Below, piece by piece: positions 30,470 to 39,299 of a stretch of DNA of 64,000 nt. Under the pieces are notes generated by a model, which was given only the letters and a program-made list of their open reading frames with translations, was not told where the DNA came from and searched no databases. Both the position numbers and the translations under genes were made by a program. This DNA is from an uncultured Clostridia bacterium (GTDB lineage Bacteria; Bacillota; Clostridia; Oscillospirales; Acutalibacteraceae). Location: positions 67 through 64,066 of the forward strand of contig CANTDZ010000001.1 in the NCBI GenBank assembly GCA_947652665.1, written 5' to 3'. Numbering within the stretch: the first letter of the stretch is position 1; the number at the start of each line of letters is the position of its first letter.

Positions 30470-31657
30470 TCAGATAAACTCCTTTACCGTTTCTCCTAAT
30501 ATCTTGATGCCCTCCTCCAGCTGCCCGTCGGTGGGGGTGGAGAAGTTGATGCGGAACGCCCGGCAGGGCTGGGTTTCGTCTGTGAGGAACGCCGTTCCCG
30601 GCACCACGCAGGCCTTTTTCTCCATGGCGCGCTTTACAAACTCCAGCATATCCACGCCTTCGGGCAGGGTGCACCAGGCGAACAGGCCGCCTTCAAATTT
30701 GCTCCAGGTGATAAGCGGCGTAAAGTGCTCCTCCATAGCCTTTAGCAGGACGCTGCTCTTGCGCCTGTAAATCTCCCGCAGGCCCTGCAGGTGGGCCTCG
30801 TAGTCGAAGCCGGTCATGAAGCGGTGGCACACAATCTGCGCCCACATATTGGAGTGCACATCTTCGCCCTGCTTGCACACTACCATCTTTGCAATGACCT
30901 CCTTCGGCCCAATGGCATACCCCACGCGCATCCCCGGCGAGACCACCTTGGAGAACGACCCGGCGTACATGACCACGCCCTCGGTGTCAAAGGACTTGAT
31001 GGACGGCAAATCCTCTCCGGCAAAGCGCAGGTCGCCGTAGGGATTGTCTTCCAGCACCATCACGCCGTGGTCGCGGCAGAGCTCGTAGACCCGCTTGCGC
31101 TTCTCCAGGCTCATGGTGATGCCGGAGGGGTTCTGGAAATTGGGGATGGTGTACAAATATTTTATGTTCTTCTCCGTCTTTAATGCGGCTTCCAACTTGG
31201 CAAGGTCGATGCCGTCCTCCTCCATGGGGATGCCCACCAGCTTCGCCCGGTAAGAACGGAAAGTGTTCAGCGACCCAATAAAGCTGGGGGCCTCGCACAG
31301 CACGGTGTCCCCCTCGTTCAGGAGCGTCTTGGTCAGCAGGTCCATGACCTGCTGGGCCCCGCTGGTGATGAGGATGTCGTCGCCTTCGCCGCCCACATGG
31401 TGCTTTTTCTTCATATAGGCTGTCAGGTGCTCCCGCAGGGGCGCATAGCCTTCGGTGACGCCATACTGCAGGGCCTCGATGGGCGTGTCCTCCAAAAGCT
31501 TCTGGGATACCTCCCGGATGGCCTCGTAGGGGAAGGCATCGGGGGCGGGGTTCCCTGCGGACAGGGGGATGAGCCCCGGCGCGGAGGAGTTCTTCAAAAT
31601 CTCGCGGATGGCGGAGGGTTTTAGGCTTTTTACGCGGTCAGAGAAATTGTAATCCAT
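30470..31657 (-). CDS. PLP-dependent class I/II aminotransferase (LysN/aromatic-type subfamily)
   Basis: IREILK, SAGNPAPD, YTIPNFQNPSG, EDNPYG, SFSKVVSPGMRVG. Confidence 0.92.
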   Translation of the reverse strand: MDYNFSDRVKSLKPSAIREILKNSSAPGLIPLSAGNPAPDAFPYEAIREVSQKLLEDTPIEALQYGVTEGYAPLREHLTAYMKKKHHVGGEGDDILITSGAQQVMDLLTKTLLNEGDTVLCEAPSFIGSLNTFRSYRAKLVGIPMEEDGIDLAKLEAALKTEKNIKYLYTIPNFQNPSGITMSLEKRKRVYELCRDHGVMVLEDNPYGDLRFAGEDLPSIKSFDTEGVVMYAGSFSKVVSPGMRVGYAIGPKEVIAKMVVCKQGEDVHSNMWAQIVCHRFMTGFDYEAHLQGLREIYRRKSSVLLKAMEEHFTPLITWSKFEGGLFAWCTLPEGVDMLEFVKRAMEKKACVVPGTAFLTDETQPCRAFRINFSTPTDGQLEEGIKILGETVKEFI

Positions 31658-31660
31658 AAT

Positions 31661-31897
31661 AAAGCTCCTTCATAAAAAAATAAAAAGCCTGCCCCACACA
31701 ATGGGACAAGCTATGCCTGCGGTACCACCCAAATTGGCAGGCCAGCGCCTGCCCAGCTCTGCCCGATAACGCGGGGCGCGTCCGGCCATTTCCTGCCGGC
31801 CCTCCCGGGGCCATTCGCAGCCGGACCCTGCCGCTTTCCCACCATGGGCGGCTCTCTTTGTAGGGTCGGGGGCAGCTACTCCTCCCGGTCAACGGTT
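31661..31897 (-). ncRNA. T-box riboswitch, Trp specifier (UGG)
   Basis: Stem I with GAGTAG, AGAGAG bulge, GGTGGGAA distal loop and GAA-TGG-C specifier loop (codon at 31813-31811); T-box AATTTGGGTGGTACCGC; terminator GCTTGTCCCA...TGGGGCAGGC plus T run. Confidence 0.92.
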
Positions 31898-31916
31898 TTT
31901 CCTTGATTACCCAAAT

Positions 31917-31945
31917 ATTATATCCTATCCCTTCAAAAATGTCAA
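31917..31945 (-). promoter_or_regulatory. sigmaA promoter of the T-box leader
   Basis: Perfect TTGACA-17-TATAAT. Confidence 0.9.
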
Positions 31946-32058
31946 ATAGAATTACGAAAGCCCACTTATTTCCATAATACAATTTACATAACTTTTTTCG
32001 CCCCGTCTGGCCCCCTCCCGCGCCCATAAGGCAAAATCAGGAATCTTGCCCAACAAAC

Positions 32059-32114
32059 TGACAAAAACACGCCTCCCCAAAGTGACAAAACTTTTTTCCG
32101 GTTGCGGGTATAAT
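32059..32114 (+). promoter_or_regulatory. spoIIE promoter with two 0A-like boxes
   Basis: TGACAAA at 32059 and 32083 (1 mismatch to TGNCGAA); GTGACA-21-TATAAT. Confidence 0.55.
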
Positions 32115-32146
32115 TTGCTCGTAACTCGCATAGGAGGTGTCAACCA

Positions 32147-34501
32147 TTGGAAGGTTCAAAAATTCAGCAATTATGGCAGCGTGCGGAAGAACTCTGGCAC
32201 TCGGCCTACGCCCACAAGGCCGTGGTGCAGGGAGCCGGGTTCCTCATGGGGCTGCTGTGCAGCCGGGGGATCGTCTTCGGCAAATACGCGCCCTTCGGGG
32301 TGGCCGTAGCGGCGTCCGTGCCCCGGGAAGGCCTGTGGGCTGGGGCGCTGGGGGCGCTTTTCGGGTACCTGATCCCCTCGGCGGCCTACGTGCCCGTGCG
32401 CTACTGCGCGGCCCTCATCGCCGTGGCGGCCATCCGCTGGTCGCTGTCCGAGCTCAAAACCGTGAACACCCACCCCCTCTTTGCCCCGGCGGTGACGTTC
32501 CTGCCCCTGCTGCTTACGGGCATGACCATGGTGTTCCTCCACGGCTCGGTCACCTATTCGGCGGCGCTCTACGTGGCGGAGTCCTTCTTGGGCTGCGGCT
32601 GCGCCTACTTCCTCACCCGGTGCGCAAACCTGTTTATGGGGCTGGCCGGTGACGGCTCCTCCCGCAGCGGCACCCTCCTGAACGGCCCCCTGGAGCCCGG
32701 CGACATCGCCGCCCTGACCGTAGGCGCTGGCGTCATCGCCCTCTCCTTCTCCGGGGTGACCCTCATGGGCGTGTCCCTGGGCCGCATCTTCATGATCCTG
32801 CTGGTGCTCACCTGCGCACGCTCGGGCGGGGTCAGCGGCGGGGCCGTGTCCGGGGTGACGGCGGGGGCTCTGCAGGGGCTCTCTACCGCCGGGCTTACGT
32901 ACCTCTCCGGGGCCTACGGGCTGGGGGGGCTTATGGCCGGGGTCTTCGCGCCCATGGGCAAGACGGCGGCGGCAGCGGCGTTCATACTGGCAAACGGCGT
33001 GGCGTCTTTGCAGGTGGGGTTCGGCAACTCCCCCCTGCTGGCCGGGGCCATCGAAACGGCGGTGGCCACAGTACTGTATATGTGCATCCCCAAGAGCCGC
33101 CGCCTGGGCGAGCTTTTTGGCCTGCGCCAGGATTCCCTCAGCGGCGGGGCCCTGCGCTCGAACATCGTCATGCGCCTGCGCCACGCCTCCCAGGCCCTCT
33201 ACGGGGTGTCGGCTTCGGTGGAGGAAATCAGCAAGAAGCTCAACGCCGTGTGCTCCCCCAGCATCCAAGGGGTTTACGACCGGGCCGTGGGGACGGTCTG
33301 CGCCGGGTGTGGGCTTTCGGCTGTGTGCTGGCGCAAGCACAAGGACCAGACCTTGGAAAACTTCGCCCAGCTGGGCCGACCCCTCAAAGAGAAGGAACGC
33401 ATCGAAACCGCCGACTTCACCAAGGACTTTGCCGACCGTTGCGGCCGCGCCGGGGAAATGCGGGACGAGCTCAATAAAAACTACGCCCGGTATCTTCTGC
33501 GGGAAGCCGCCCAGCTTCGGGCTGCCCAGGTGCGCGAGGCGGTAGAAGGCCACTTCCGCACCACCGCCGGGCTTTTGGAGGAGATGGCCGGGGAGTTCTC
33601 CCTCTACCAGCACTTTGACGAGGAAGCCGCCCAGCGGGTGGCCTCCATCATGCGGGACAACGGCGTGGCCCCCCTGGAGGTCTGCTGCCGGGTGGACAAG
33701 TTCGGCCGCATGACCATCGAGGCCGAGATCCAGCGGGAGCGCCAGAAGCGCCTGAACCGCGGGGCCTTTACCCGGGAGATTTCCGCAGCCTGCGGGCGGG
33801 TCTTCGCGCCCCCCTGCGTCAGCACCGCCGGGGAACGCTGCCGTATTCAAATGAGCCAGCGTCCGCTCCTGCAGGTGGGGCGTGGATTCTCCCAAACCTG
33901 CGCGGGGGGCGGGGCCTTCTGCGGGGACAGCACCAATGTCTTTTACGATGGCTGCGGGCGGCTTATCGCGGTCCTCAGCGACGGCATGGGCACCGGAGGC
34001 CAGGCCGCTGTAGACGGCGCCATGACTTCTGCCATGGCTGAAAGCCTCTTAAAGGCCGGCATCGGCTTTGACAGTATGCTGCAGACCGTCAACGCAGCCC
34101 TCATGGCCAAAAGCGGCGACGAGACCTTGGCCACTATGGACATCGCGTGCATCGACCTGTTCACCGGCAAAACCGAGCTCCGAAAGGCCGGAGCCGCCTG
34201 CACCATCCTGCGACGGGGCCGCCGGGCCGAGGCCATTGAGGCTTCCAGCGTCCCGGTGGGCATCATGCCGGGGGTGGAGTTCGCTGCCTGCTCCCGGGAC
34301 TTGGCTGCGGGGGATTTGGTGGTCATGGTCTCCGACGGCGTAGTCGCCACGGGCCACGAATGGCTGATGGACGTGGTGCTCAACTGGGACGAGGAGGAAA
34401 ACCCCAACCTCCTGGCCCAGCGCATCACCGAGGAAGCCAAAAAGCGCCGCGCCGACGGCCATGAGGACGACGTGACCGCCCTGGTGCTGGTGCTGCAATA
34501 A
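32147..34501 (+). CDS. spoIIE: Stage II sporulation protein E (membrane PP2C phosphatase)
   Basis: TTG start after AGGAGG; multi-TM N-terminus, CxxC..C..CW region, PP2C motifs SDGMGTG, ATMD, SDGV, DDVT. Confidence 0.92.
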   Translation: MEGSKIQQLWQRAEELWHSAYAHKAVVQGAGFLMGLLCSRGIVFGKYAPFGVAVAASVPREGLWAGALGALFGYLIPSAAYVPVRYCAALIAVAAIRWSLSELKTVNTHPLFAPAVTFLPLLLTGMTMVFLHGSVTYSAALYVAESFLGCGCAYFLTRCANLFMGLAGDGSSRSGTLLNGPLEPGDIAALTVGAGVIALSFSGVTLMGVSLGRIFMILLVLTCARSGGVSGGAVSGVTAGALQGLSTAGLTYLSGAYGLGGLMAGVFAPMGKTAAAAAFILANGVASLQVGFGNSPLLAGAIETAVATVLYMCIPKSRRLGELFGLRQDSLSGGALRSNIVMRLRHASQALYGVSASVEEISKKLNAVCSPSIQGVYDRAVGTVCAGCGLSAVCWRKHKDQTLENFAQLGRPLKEKERIETADFTKDFADRCGRAGEMRDELNKNYARYLLREAAQLRAAQVREAVEGHFRTTAGLLEEMAGEFSLYQHFDEEAAQRVASIMRDNGVAPLEVCCRVDKFGRMTIEAEIQRERQKRLNRGAFTREISAACGRVFAPPCVSTAGERCRIQMSQRPLLQVGRGFSQTCAGGGAFCGDSTNVFYDGCGRLIAVLSDGMGTGGQAAVDGAMTSAMAESLLKAGIGFDSMLQTVNAALMAKSGDETLATMDIACIDLFTGKTELRKAGAACTILRRGRRAEAIEASSVPVGIMPGVEFAACSRDLAAGDLVVMVSDGVVATGHEWLMDVVLNWDEEENPNLLAQRITEEAKKRRADGHEDDVTALVLVLQ

Positions 34502-34509
34502 AAAACAAG

Positions 34510-34557
34510 GCCCGTCCCGGGCTGGCAGGCACGCCTCCGCCTGCTCCCGGAACGGGC
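34510..34557. terminator. Hairpin between convergent spoIIE and the hypothetical gene
   Basis: GCCCGT/ACGGGC, CCGG and GCAGGC/GCCTGC nested inverted repeats. Confidence 0.5.
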
Positions 34558-34562
34558 ATTCT

Positions 34563-35225
34563 TTACGCTTGTACATCGACTGCCGGGGCGGCAGCCTCCC
34601 CCCCAGCCGCTTCGGCCGTAGCCCCTGCCGCCGCGTACTGCTGGGCCGCATATTCCGCGCTGGCCGCTACCGTGCTGGAAAGCGCCTGGGCCTGCTCCCG
34701 AAGCTCGTTGCGGGTGGCCGAAAGCATCTTCTGCTGCTGCCCGTCAATGACGGCCTCGTGCATATAGCCGCGCTCCCGGAAGGCACGCATCATCTTGGCC
34801 CGGCGCAGCTCGGCATTGAGGCGCTGGGCGCGCTCGCGCTCCTTTTCCTCCTCCAGGCGCTTTTTGCGGCTTTCGGTAATCTCCTCTTTCTGGATGTCCT
34901 GCTTTTTCTTCCCGGCCCGGCTCACCGCTTTTTCCAGCTGCCGCAGGGCCGCCTTGATCTCCTCGGAGTTTTCCGAGTCCCGGCGCAAAGCCGCCCTCAG
35001 CTGGGCGATCTGCCTGCGGGCAAAGCCTGCCGCCAGGCCCACCTGGGTTTTGTTCTTGGCCCGGGCCAGGCGCGCGTAAGCCTCCAGGGGCTTGTCGCCG
35101 TACCGGGGCTTTGTCTTCACCTTCTCCAGCTCCTGCTTATGCTGCTGGATTTTTTCCCGGGATTCCTTTATCATCTCATGGATGGTCTGGCCGTCCCGCT
35201 CCGCGCTGACCTTTATATCGCTCAT
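34563..35225 (-). CDS. Hypothetical charged coiled-coil protein (220 aa)
   Basis: RBS GGGAGG before MSDIKVSAE; K/E/R-rich helices, Ala-rich tail ending VDVQA. Confidence 0.75.
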   Translation of the reverse strand: MSDIKVSAERDGQTIHEMIKESREKIQQHKQELEKVKTKPRYGDKPLEAYARLARAKNKTQVGLAAGFARRQIAQLRAALRRDSENSEEIKAALRQLEKAVSRAGKKKQDIQKEEITESRKKRLEEEKERERAQRLNAELRRAKMMRAFRERGYMHEAVIDGQQQKMLSATRNELREQAQALSSTVAASAEYAAQQYAAAGATAEAAGGEAAAPAVDVQA

Positions 35226-35372
35226 AGCAATGCCTCCCAAAATCTCCTTATATAGTATGTCGGCAAAAAAAGCCCCCAGCGATAGCCCCCGGCGCATATT
35301 ATTTTTCTGTACCCCTTGCAACCGGGCGGGAGGGATGTTATGATACAAGCAAACCCACAAGGAGGAGTACCC

Positions 35373-36152
35373 ATGCAAAATTATTCCGGAGAAATCGGAC
35401 TGCAATACCACATCCAGCTGCGTCCTGGCGACGCGGGGCGCTACGTCATCCTGCCCGGCGATCCCAAGCGCTGCGAGAAAATCGCCCAGCACTTTGAGAG
35501 CCCCAAGCTCATGGCGGACAGCCGCGAGTACGTCACCTACACCGGCTTTTTGGACGGCGAGAAGGTCAGCGTCACGTCCACCGGCATCGGGGGCCCGTCG
35601 GCGGCCATTGCGGTGGAGGAGCTCGTGAACGTGGGCGCGGACACCTTCGTGCGCGTGGGCACCTGCGGCGGCATCGATTTGGACGTCAAGGGCGGCGACC
35701 TGGTCATTGCCACGGGGGCCGTCCGCATGGAGGGGGCCAGCCGGGAGTACGCGCCCCTGGAGTTCCCCGCCGTGGCCGATTTGGATATCGCCAATGCCCT
35801 GGTGCAGGCGGCTGAAAATTTGGGCAAGACGTTCCACACGGGCATCGTGCAGTGCAAGGACTCGTTTTACGGCCAGCATGACCCCCAGCTTATGCCCGTC
35901 TCTTACGAGCTGCAAAATAAATGGGAGGCCTGGAAGCGCCTGGGGGTCAAGGCCTCGGAGATGGAATCGGCGGCGGTGTTCGTGGTGGCCAGCTATCGGA
36001 AGGTACGGGCCGGGTCGGCCTTCCTGGTGGTCGGCAACCAGGAGCGAGAAGCCGCAGGGCTGGACAACCCCATCGCCCACGACACGGAGGACGCCATCGA
36101 GGCCGCTGTGGAAGCGCTGCGCATCCTGATAAAAAAGGACCGCGCCCAATAA
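35373..36152 (+). CDS. udp: Uridine phosphorylase
   Basis: [47 protein letters not shown]; upstream TTGCAA-17-TATGAT. Confidence 0.95.
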   Translation: MQNYSGEIGLQYHIQLRPGDAGRYVILPGDPKRCEKIAQHFESPKLMADSREYVTYTGFLDGEKVSVTSTGIGGPSAAIAVEELVNVGADTFVRVGTCGGIDLDVKGGDLVIATGAVRMEGASREYAPLEFPAVADLDIANALVQAAENLGKTFHTGIVQCKDSFYGQHDPQLMPVSYELQNKWEAWKRLGVKASEMESAAVFVVASYRKVRAGSAFLVVGNQEREAAGLDNPIAHDTEDAIEAAVEALRILIKKDRAQ

Positions 36153-36159
36153 GCAGCAA

Positions 36160-36189
36160 GAAGCCAGGGCCCTTATGAGCCCTGGCTTC
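36160..36189. terminator. Hairpin after udp
   Basis: GAAGCCAGGGC-8 nt-GCCCTGGCTTC, 11-bp stem. Confidence 0.65.
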
Positions 36190-36211
36190 CTTATGAGGGG
36201 TTGGCCCCCGC

Positions 36212-36337
36212 TCACGCTGCGGCGGCAGAACTGGCAGGCGCGGACTCCGCGCCGCTGGCCGTGGCGGCATCGCCGGAACAGGCGGCCAGAGAGGCGGCCA
36301 TCAGCAGGGCGGCTAGGGCTAAAGCAAGCTTCTTCAT
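36212..36337 (-). CDS. 41-aa lipoprotein-like microprotein
   Basis: RBS AAGGAG; MKKLALALAALLMAASLAAC lipobox, then SGDAATASGAESAPASSAAAA and stop. Confidence 0.55.
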   Translation of the reverse strand: MKKLALALAALLMAASLAACSGDAATASGAESAPASSAAAA

Positions 36338-36408
36338 TTTGGTTTCTCCTTCACTTTTGAATTTGTCCTTAAACCATATGAAGCCGCGCATTCTTTTATG
36401 CATCCCCC

Positions 36409-36445
36409 TTGACAAATTCCAGATTGGATATTATAATGATATCAC
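36409..36445 (+). promoter_or_regulatory. sigmaA promoter of the SPFH operon with an adjacent TGATATCA palindrome
   Basis: TTGACA-17-TATAAT; TGATATCA begins at the last base of the -10. Confidence 0.75.
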
Positions 36446-36472
36446 AACGAAATCTGAAAGGGGAACGAGTTT

Positions 36473-37468
36473 ATGGATGAAAACAAAAAAACCGTCAACC
36501 AGTATGAAGAACGCCCTGCAAAAGCCAAGGGCGGCTTTAGTATGCTGGCACTGGTCCTGCTGCTGTTCGCCGTGTCGGTGCTGGGCATCGTGTTCGGGGG
36601 CATTTTCCTTGAGCGCGGCTCCATAGCCCTGGGCGCGGTGCTGCTGGTGGCGGGCATCGTACTGGTGTGCGCGGCACTCCTGCTGTGCGCGGGATTTAAG
36701 GTGCTGGGGCCCAACGAAGCGGTGGTGCTGACGCTGTTCGGCAAATATTACGGCACCATCAAGAAGGACGGCTTTTACTGGGTGAACCCCTTCTGCGCCT
36801 GCATTAACCCCGGCAGCGGCCGTTCCGTAACGACCAGCTCCAGCGGCAGCGTTACCATTGCGGGGACGGGCGGCGGCAAGATCAGTCTGAAAACCATGAC
36901 CCTCAACAACGAAAAGCAGACCGTCAACGACGAGCGGGGCAACCCCATCATTATTGACACCGTGGTGCTCTGGCGGGTAGTCGACACCACCAAGGCCGTC
37001 TTTAACGTTCAGAACTACCGGACCTTCCTGGGCATCCAGTGCGACACGGCGACCCGCAGCATTGCCCGCCAGTACCCCTACGACTTGATGGAAGAGGACG
37101 ACGTGACCGAGAAAACCTTGCGGGGCAGCAGCCAGGAAATCGCGGATATGCTGCGCCAAGACCTGCAGGGGCGGGTAGAGGAAGCCGGGCTGGAAATCCT
37201 GGAAGTGCGCATCCGGCAGCTGTCCTACGCGCCGGAAATCGCGGCGGCGATGCTCCAGCGGCAGCAGGCCGAGGCCGTGGTGGCAGCCCGGAAGAAGATC
37301 GTGGAGGGCGCTGTAGGCATGGTCGAGATGGCCCTGGAACAGCTGAAAGCAGACGACGTGGTGGAGCTGGACGAGGAGCGCAAGGCCCAGATGGTCTCCA
37401 ACCTCCTGGTGGTTCTCTGCGGCAGCAAGGACGCCCAGCCCATCGTCAACAGCGGCTCCCTATACTAA
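36473..37468 (+). CDS. SPFH (band 7/prohibitin) domain membrane protein
   Basis: Two N-terminal TMs, [39 protein letters not shown]. Confidence 0.92.
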   Translation: MDENKKTVNQYEERPAKAKGGFSMLALVLLLFAVSVLGIVFGGIFLERGSIALGAVLLVAGIVLVCAALLLCAGFKVLGPNEAVVLTLFGKYYGTIKKDGFYWVNPFCACINPGSGRSVTTSSSGSVTIAGTGGGKISLKTMTLNNEKQTVNDERGNPIIIDTVVLWRVVDTTKAVFNVQNYRTFLGIQCDTATRSIARQYPYDLMEEDDVTEKTLRGSSQEIADMLRQDLQGRVEEAGLEILEVRIRQLSYAPEIAAAMLQRQQAEAVVAARKKIVEGAVGMVEMALEQLKADDVVELDEERKAQMVSNLLVVLCGSKDAQPIVNSGSLY

Positions 37469-37489
37469 ATTGGAAATCTGTGTGAATGT

Positions 37490-37675
37490 ATGGCAGAAAA
37501 AGACAAAAAACAAATCCTGCTGCGCATCTCTCCCAGCCTGTGGAAGGAACTGGCCGCCTGGGCGGAGGACGACTTCCGCTCCATCAACGGGCAGATCGAG
37601 TTCCTGCTGACCGAAGCGGTGCGCAAGCGCAAAAAACTCCCTCCCCCAGAGGCGGAGGAAGGAGACGAAGGGTGA
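37490..37675 (+). CDS. Arc-family ribbon-helix-helix DNA-binding protein
   Basis: KKQILLRISPSLWKELAAWAEDDFRSINGQIEFLL. Confidence 0.85.
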   Translation: MAEKDKKQILLRISPSLWKELAAWAEDDFRSINGQIEFLLTEAVRKRKKLPPPEAEEGDEG

Positions 37676-37679
37676 CCGG

Positions 37680-39299
37680 TCATACGCTGGGCGTATCCGG
37701 GTCCACCCGGCATACCAGCACGTAGGGGCGAGGGCTTGCCAGCATCTCCCGGGCCAATTCCAAGGCCTGGGAGTTGTTTTTTGCCAAACCAGCCGGGATG
37801 CCGTAGGCCCCGCACAGCTTGACGAAATCCGGGTTGCCGCCCAAATGGGTGGCTACGTGGCGGCCGCCGTAGTGGAGGTTCTGCTGTTCGCGCACCATGC
37901 CTAAGCGGCGGTTATCCATGACGATCATCTTTAGGGGCACGTTGCAAGCGCACACGGTGGCCAGCTCGCACAGGCTCATCTGGAAAGCGCCGTCCCCGCA
38001 CACGGACACCACCTGCCGCCGGGGCTTTGCCAGCTTGGCCCCCAGCGCGGCGGGCAAAGCGTAGCCCATGGTGCCTAGGCCCCCGCTGGTCAGGAAGCGC
38101 CCCTCCTTCTGGGTGAAGTTGATAGCCGCCCAGATCTGGCTTTGGCCGGGGTCGGCGGTAAGGATGGCGTCCTCGTCCATGAGGGCCGACAGGTCGCGAA
38201 TAAAGGAGCGGGGTTCCACAAAGTCTTCCCGATCGGTGCCCCGGGGAACGCTTTCGCGCTTATAGCGCAGCACCCGCTCCACCCAGGGCTTGCAGTCCGC
38301 AGGAGCCGACTGCCCGGCCAGCGCCGCCAGCACCTGCTTGATGTCCCCCACGATGGGGATGTCCACCCGCATATTCTTCCCGATCTCCGCCGGGTCGATG
38401 TCGATGTGCACGATCTTGGCCTGCTCGGCGATTTGCCGGGGCATGGCAATGGCGCGGTCGCCTACCCGGGCTCCGCACAGGAAGATGAGGTCGGCTTCCA
38501 TCATGGCGCGGTTGGCGTAGGAGCGGCCAAATTTCCCGATCATGCCCAGATAAACCGGGCTGTCCATAGGCATCACGCCGATGCCCATCATCGTCGACAC
38601 AATAGGGATGCCCGTCTTTTGGGCAAAAGCGCTCATTTCCTCCCGGGCCCCGGCCAGCACGACCCCGCCCCCGCAGCAGATGACCGGGCGCTTGGCCTCG
38701 GCAATGGCCTGGGCGGCTTTTTTTATCTGCATGGGGTGCCCGGCCGTTTTGGGCTTGTAGCCGGGGATGTCGGCCTTTTCCGGGTACGAAAAGGCTTCCA
38801 GTGCTTCCTCCTGCACGTCCTGAGGCACGTCGATGAGCACCGGCCCCGGCCGGCCCGTAGCGGCAATATGGAACGCCTCCTTGAACACCCGGGGCAGATC
38901 TTTGGCCGACTTTACCAGGTAGCTGTGCTTGGTAAAGGATTCGCAGGCCCCGGTCACGTCGGCCTCCTGGAAGACGTCGCGGCCCAAAAGCTCCAGGTTC
39001 ACCTGGCCGGTAATGGCGACTATGGGGATGGAATCCATGTAGGCCGTGGCGATGCCTGTAATGAGGTTGGTGGCCCCCGGCCCCGAGGTCACCACGCAGA
39101 CCCCCGGCCTGCCGCTGGCCCGGGCATAGCCGCTGGCCATGTGGGCGGCATCCTGTTCGGTGCGCACCAGCACGTGGCGCAGGGGCGATTCAAACAAAGC
39201 GTCATAAAAAGGGCAGATGGCCGCGCCGGGGTAGCCGAACAAAATCTCCACCCCTTCTTCCTCCAGGCAGCGCACCATGGCCTGGGCTCCTGTCAGCAT
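37680..39299 (-). CDS. ilvB: Acetolactate synthase large subunit (ThDP-dependent)
   Basis: FGYPG, EQ.AAHMASGYAR, TSGPGATN, SGGLGTMG, GDGAFQM...DN. Confidence 0.9.
   Translation of the reverse strand: MLTGAQAMVRCLEEEGVEILFGYPGAAICPFYDALFESPLRHVLVRTEQDAAHMASGYARASGRPGVCVVTSGPGATNLITGIATAYMDSIPIVAITGQVNLELLGRDVFQEADVTGACESFTKHSYLVKSAKDLPRVFKEAFHIAATGRPGPVLIDVPQDVQEEALEAFSYPEKADIPGYKPKTAGHPMQIKKAAQAIAEAKRPVICCGGGVVLAGAREEMSAFAQKTGIPIVSTMMGIGVMPMDSPVYLGMIGKFGRSYANRAMMEADLIFLCGARVGDRAIAMPRQIAEQAKIVHIDIDPAEIGKNMRVDIPIVGDIKQVLAALAGQSAPADCKPWVERVLRYKRESVPRGTDREDFVEPRSFIRDLSALMDEDAILTADPGQSQIWAAINFTQKEGRFLTSGGLGTMGYALPAALGAKLAKPRRQVVSVCGDGAFQMSLCELATVCACNVPLKMIVMDNRRLGMVREQQNLHYGGRHVATHLGGNPDFVKLCGAYGIPAGLAKNNSQALELAREMLASPRPYVLVCRVDPDTPSV

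Noticed and set aside
32171-33895. 574-aa minus-strand ORF
   Set aside because: Antisense shadow of spoIIE.
36190-36214. TGA read-through of the 41-aa lipoprotein
   Set aside because: The frame closes again at TAA after six codons, so no downstream domain exists to be reached.
35226-36215. N-terminal 330 aa of the 550-aa ORF 34563..36215
   Set aside because: Antisense to udp. The real gene starts at 35225 after a GGGAGG RBS.
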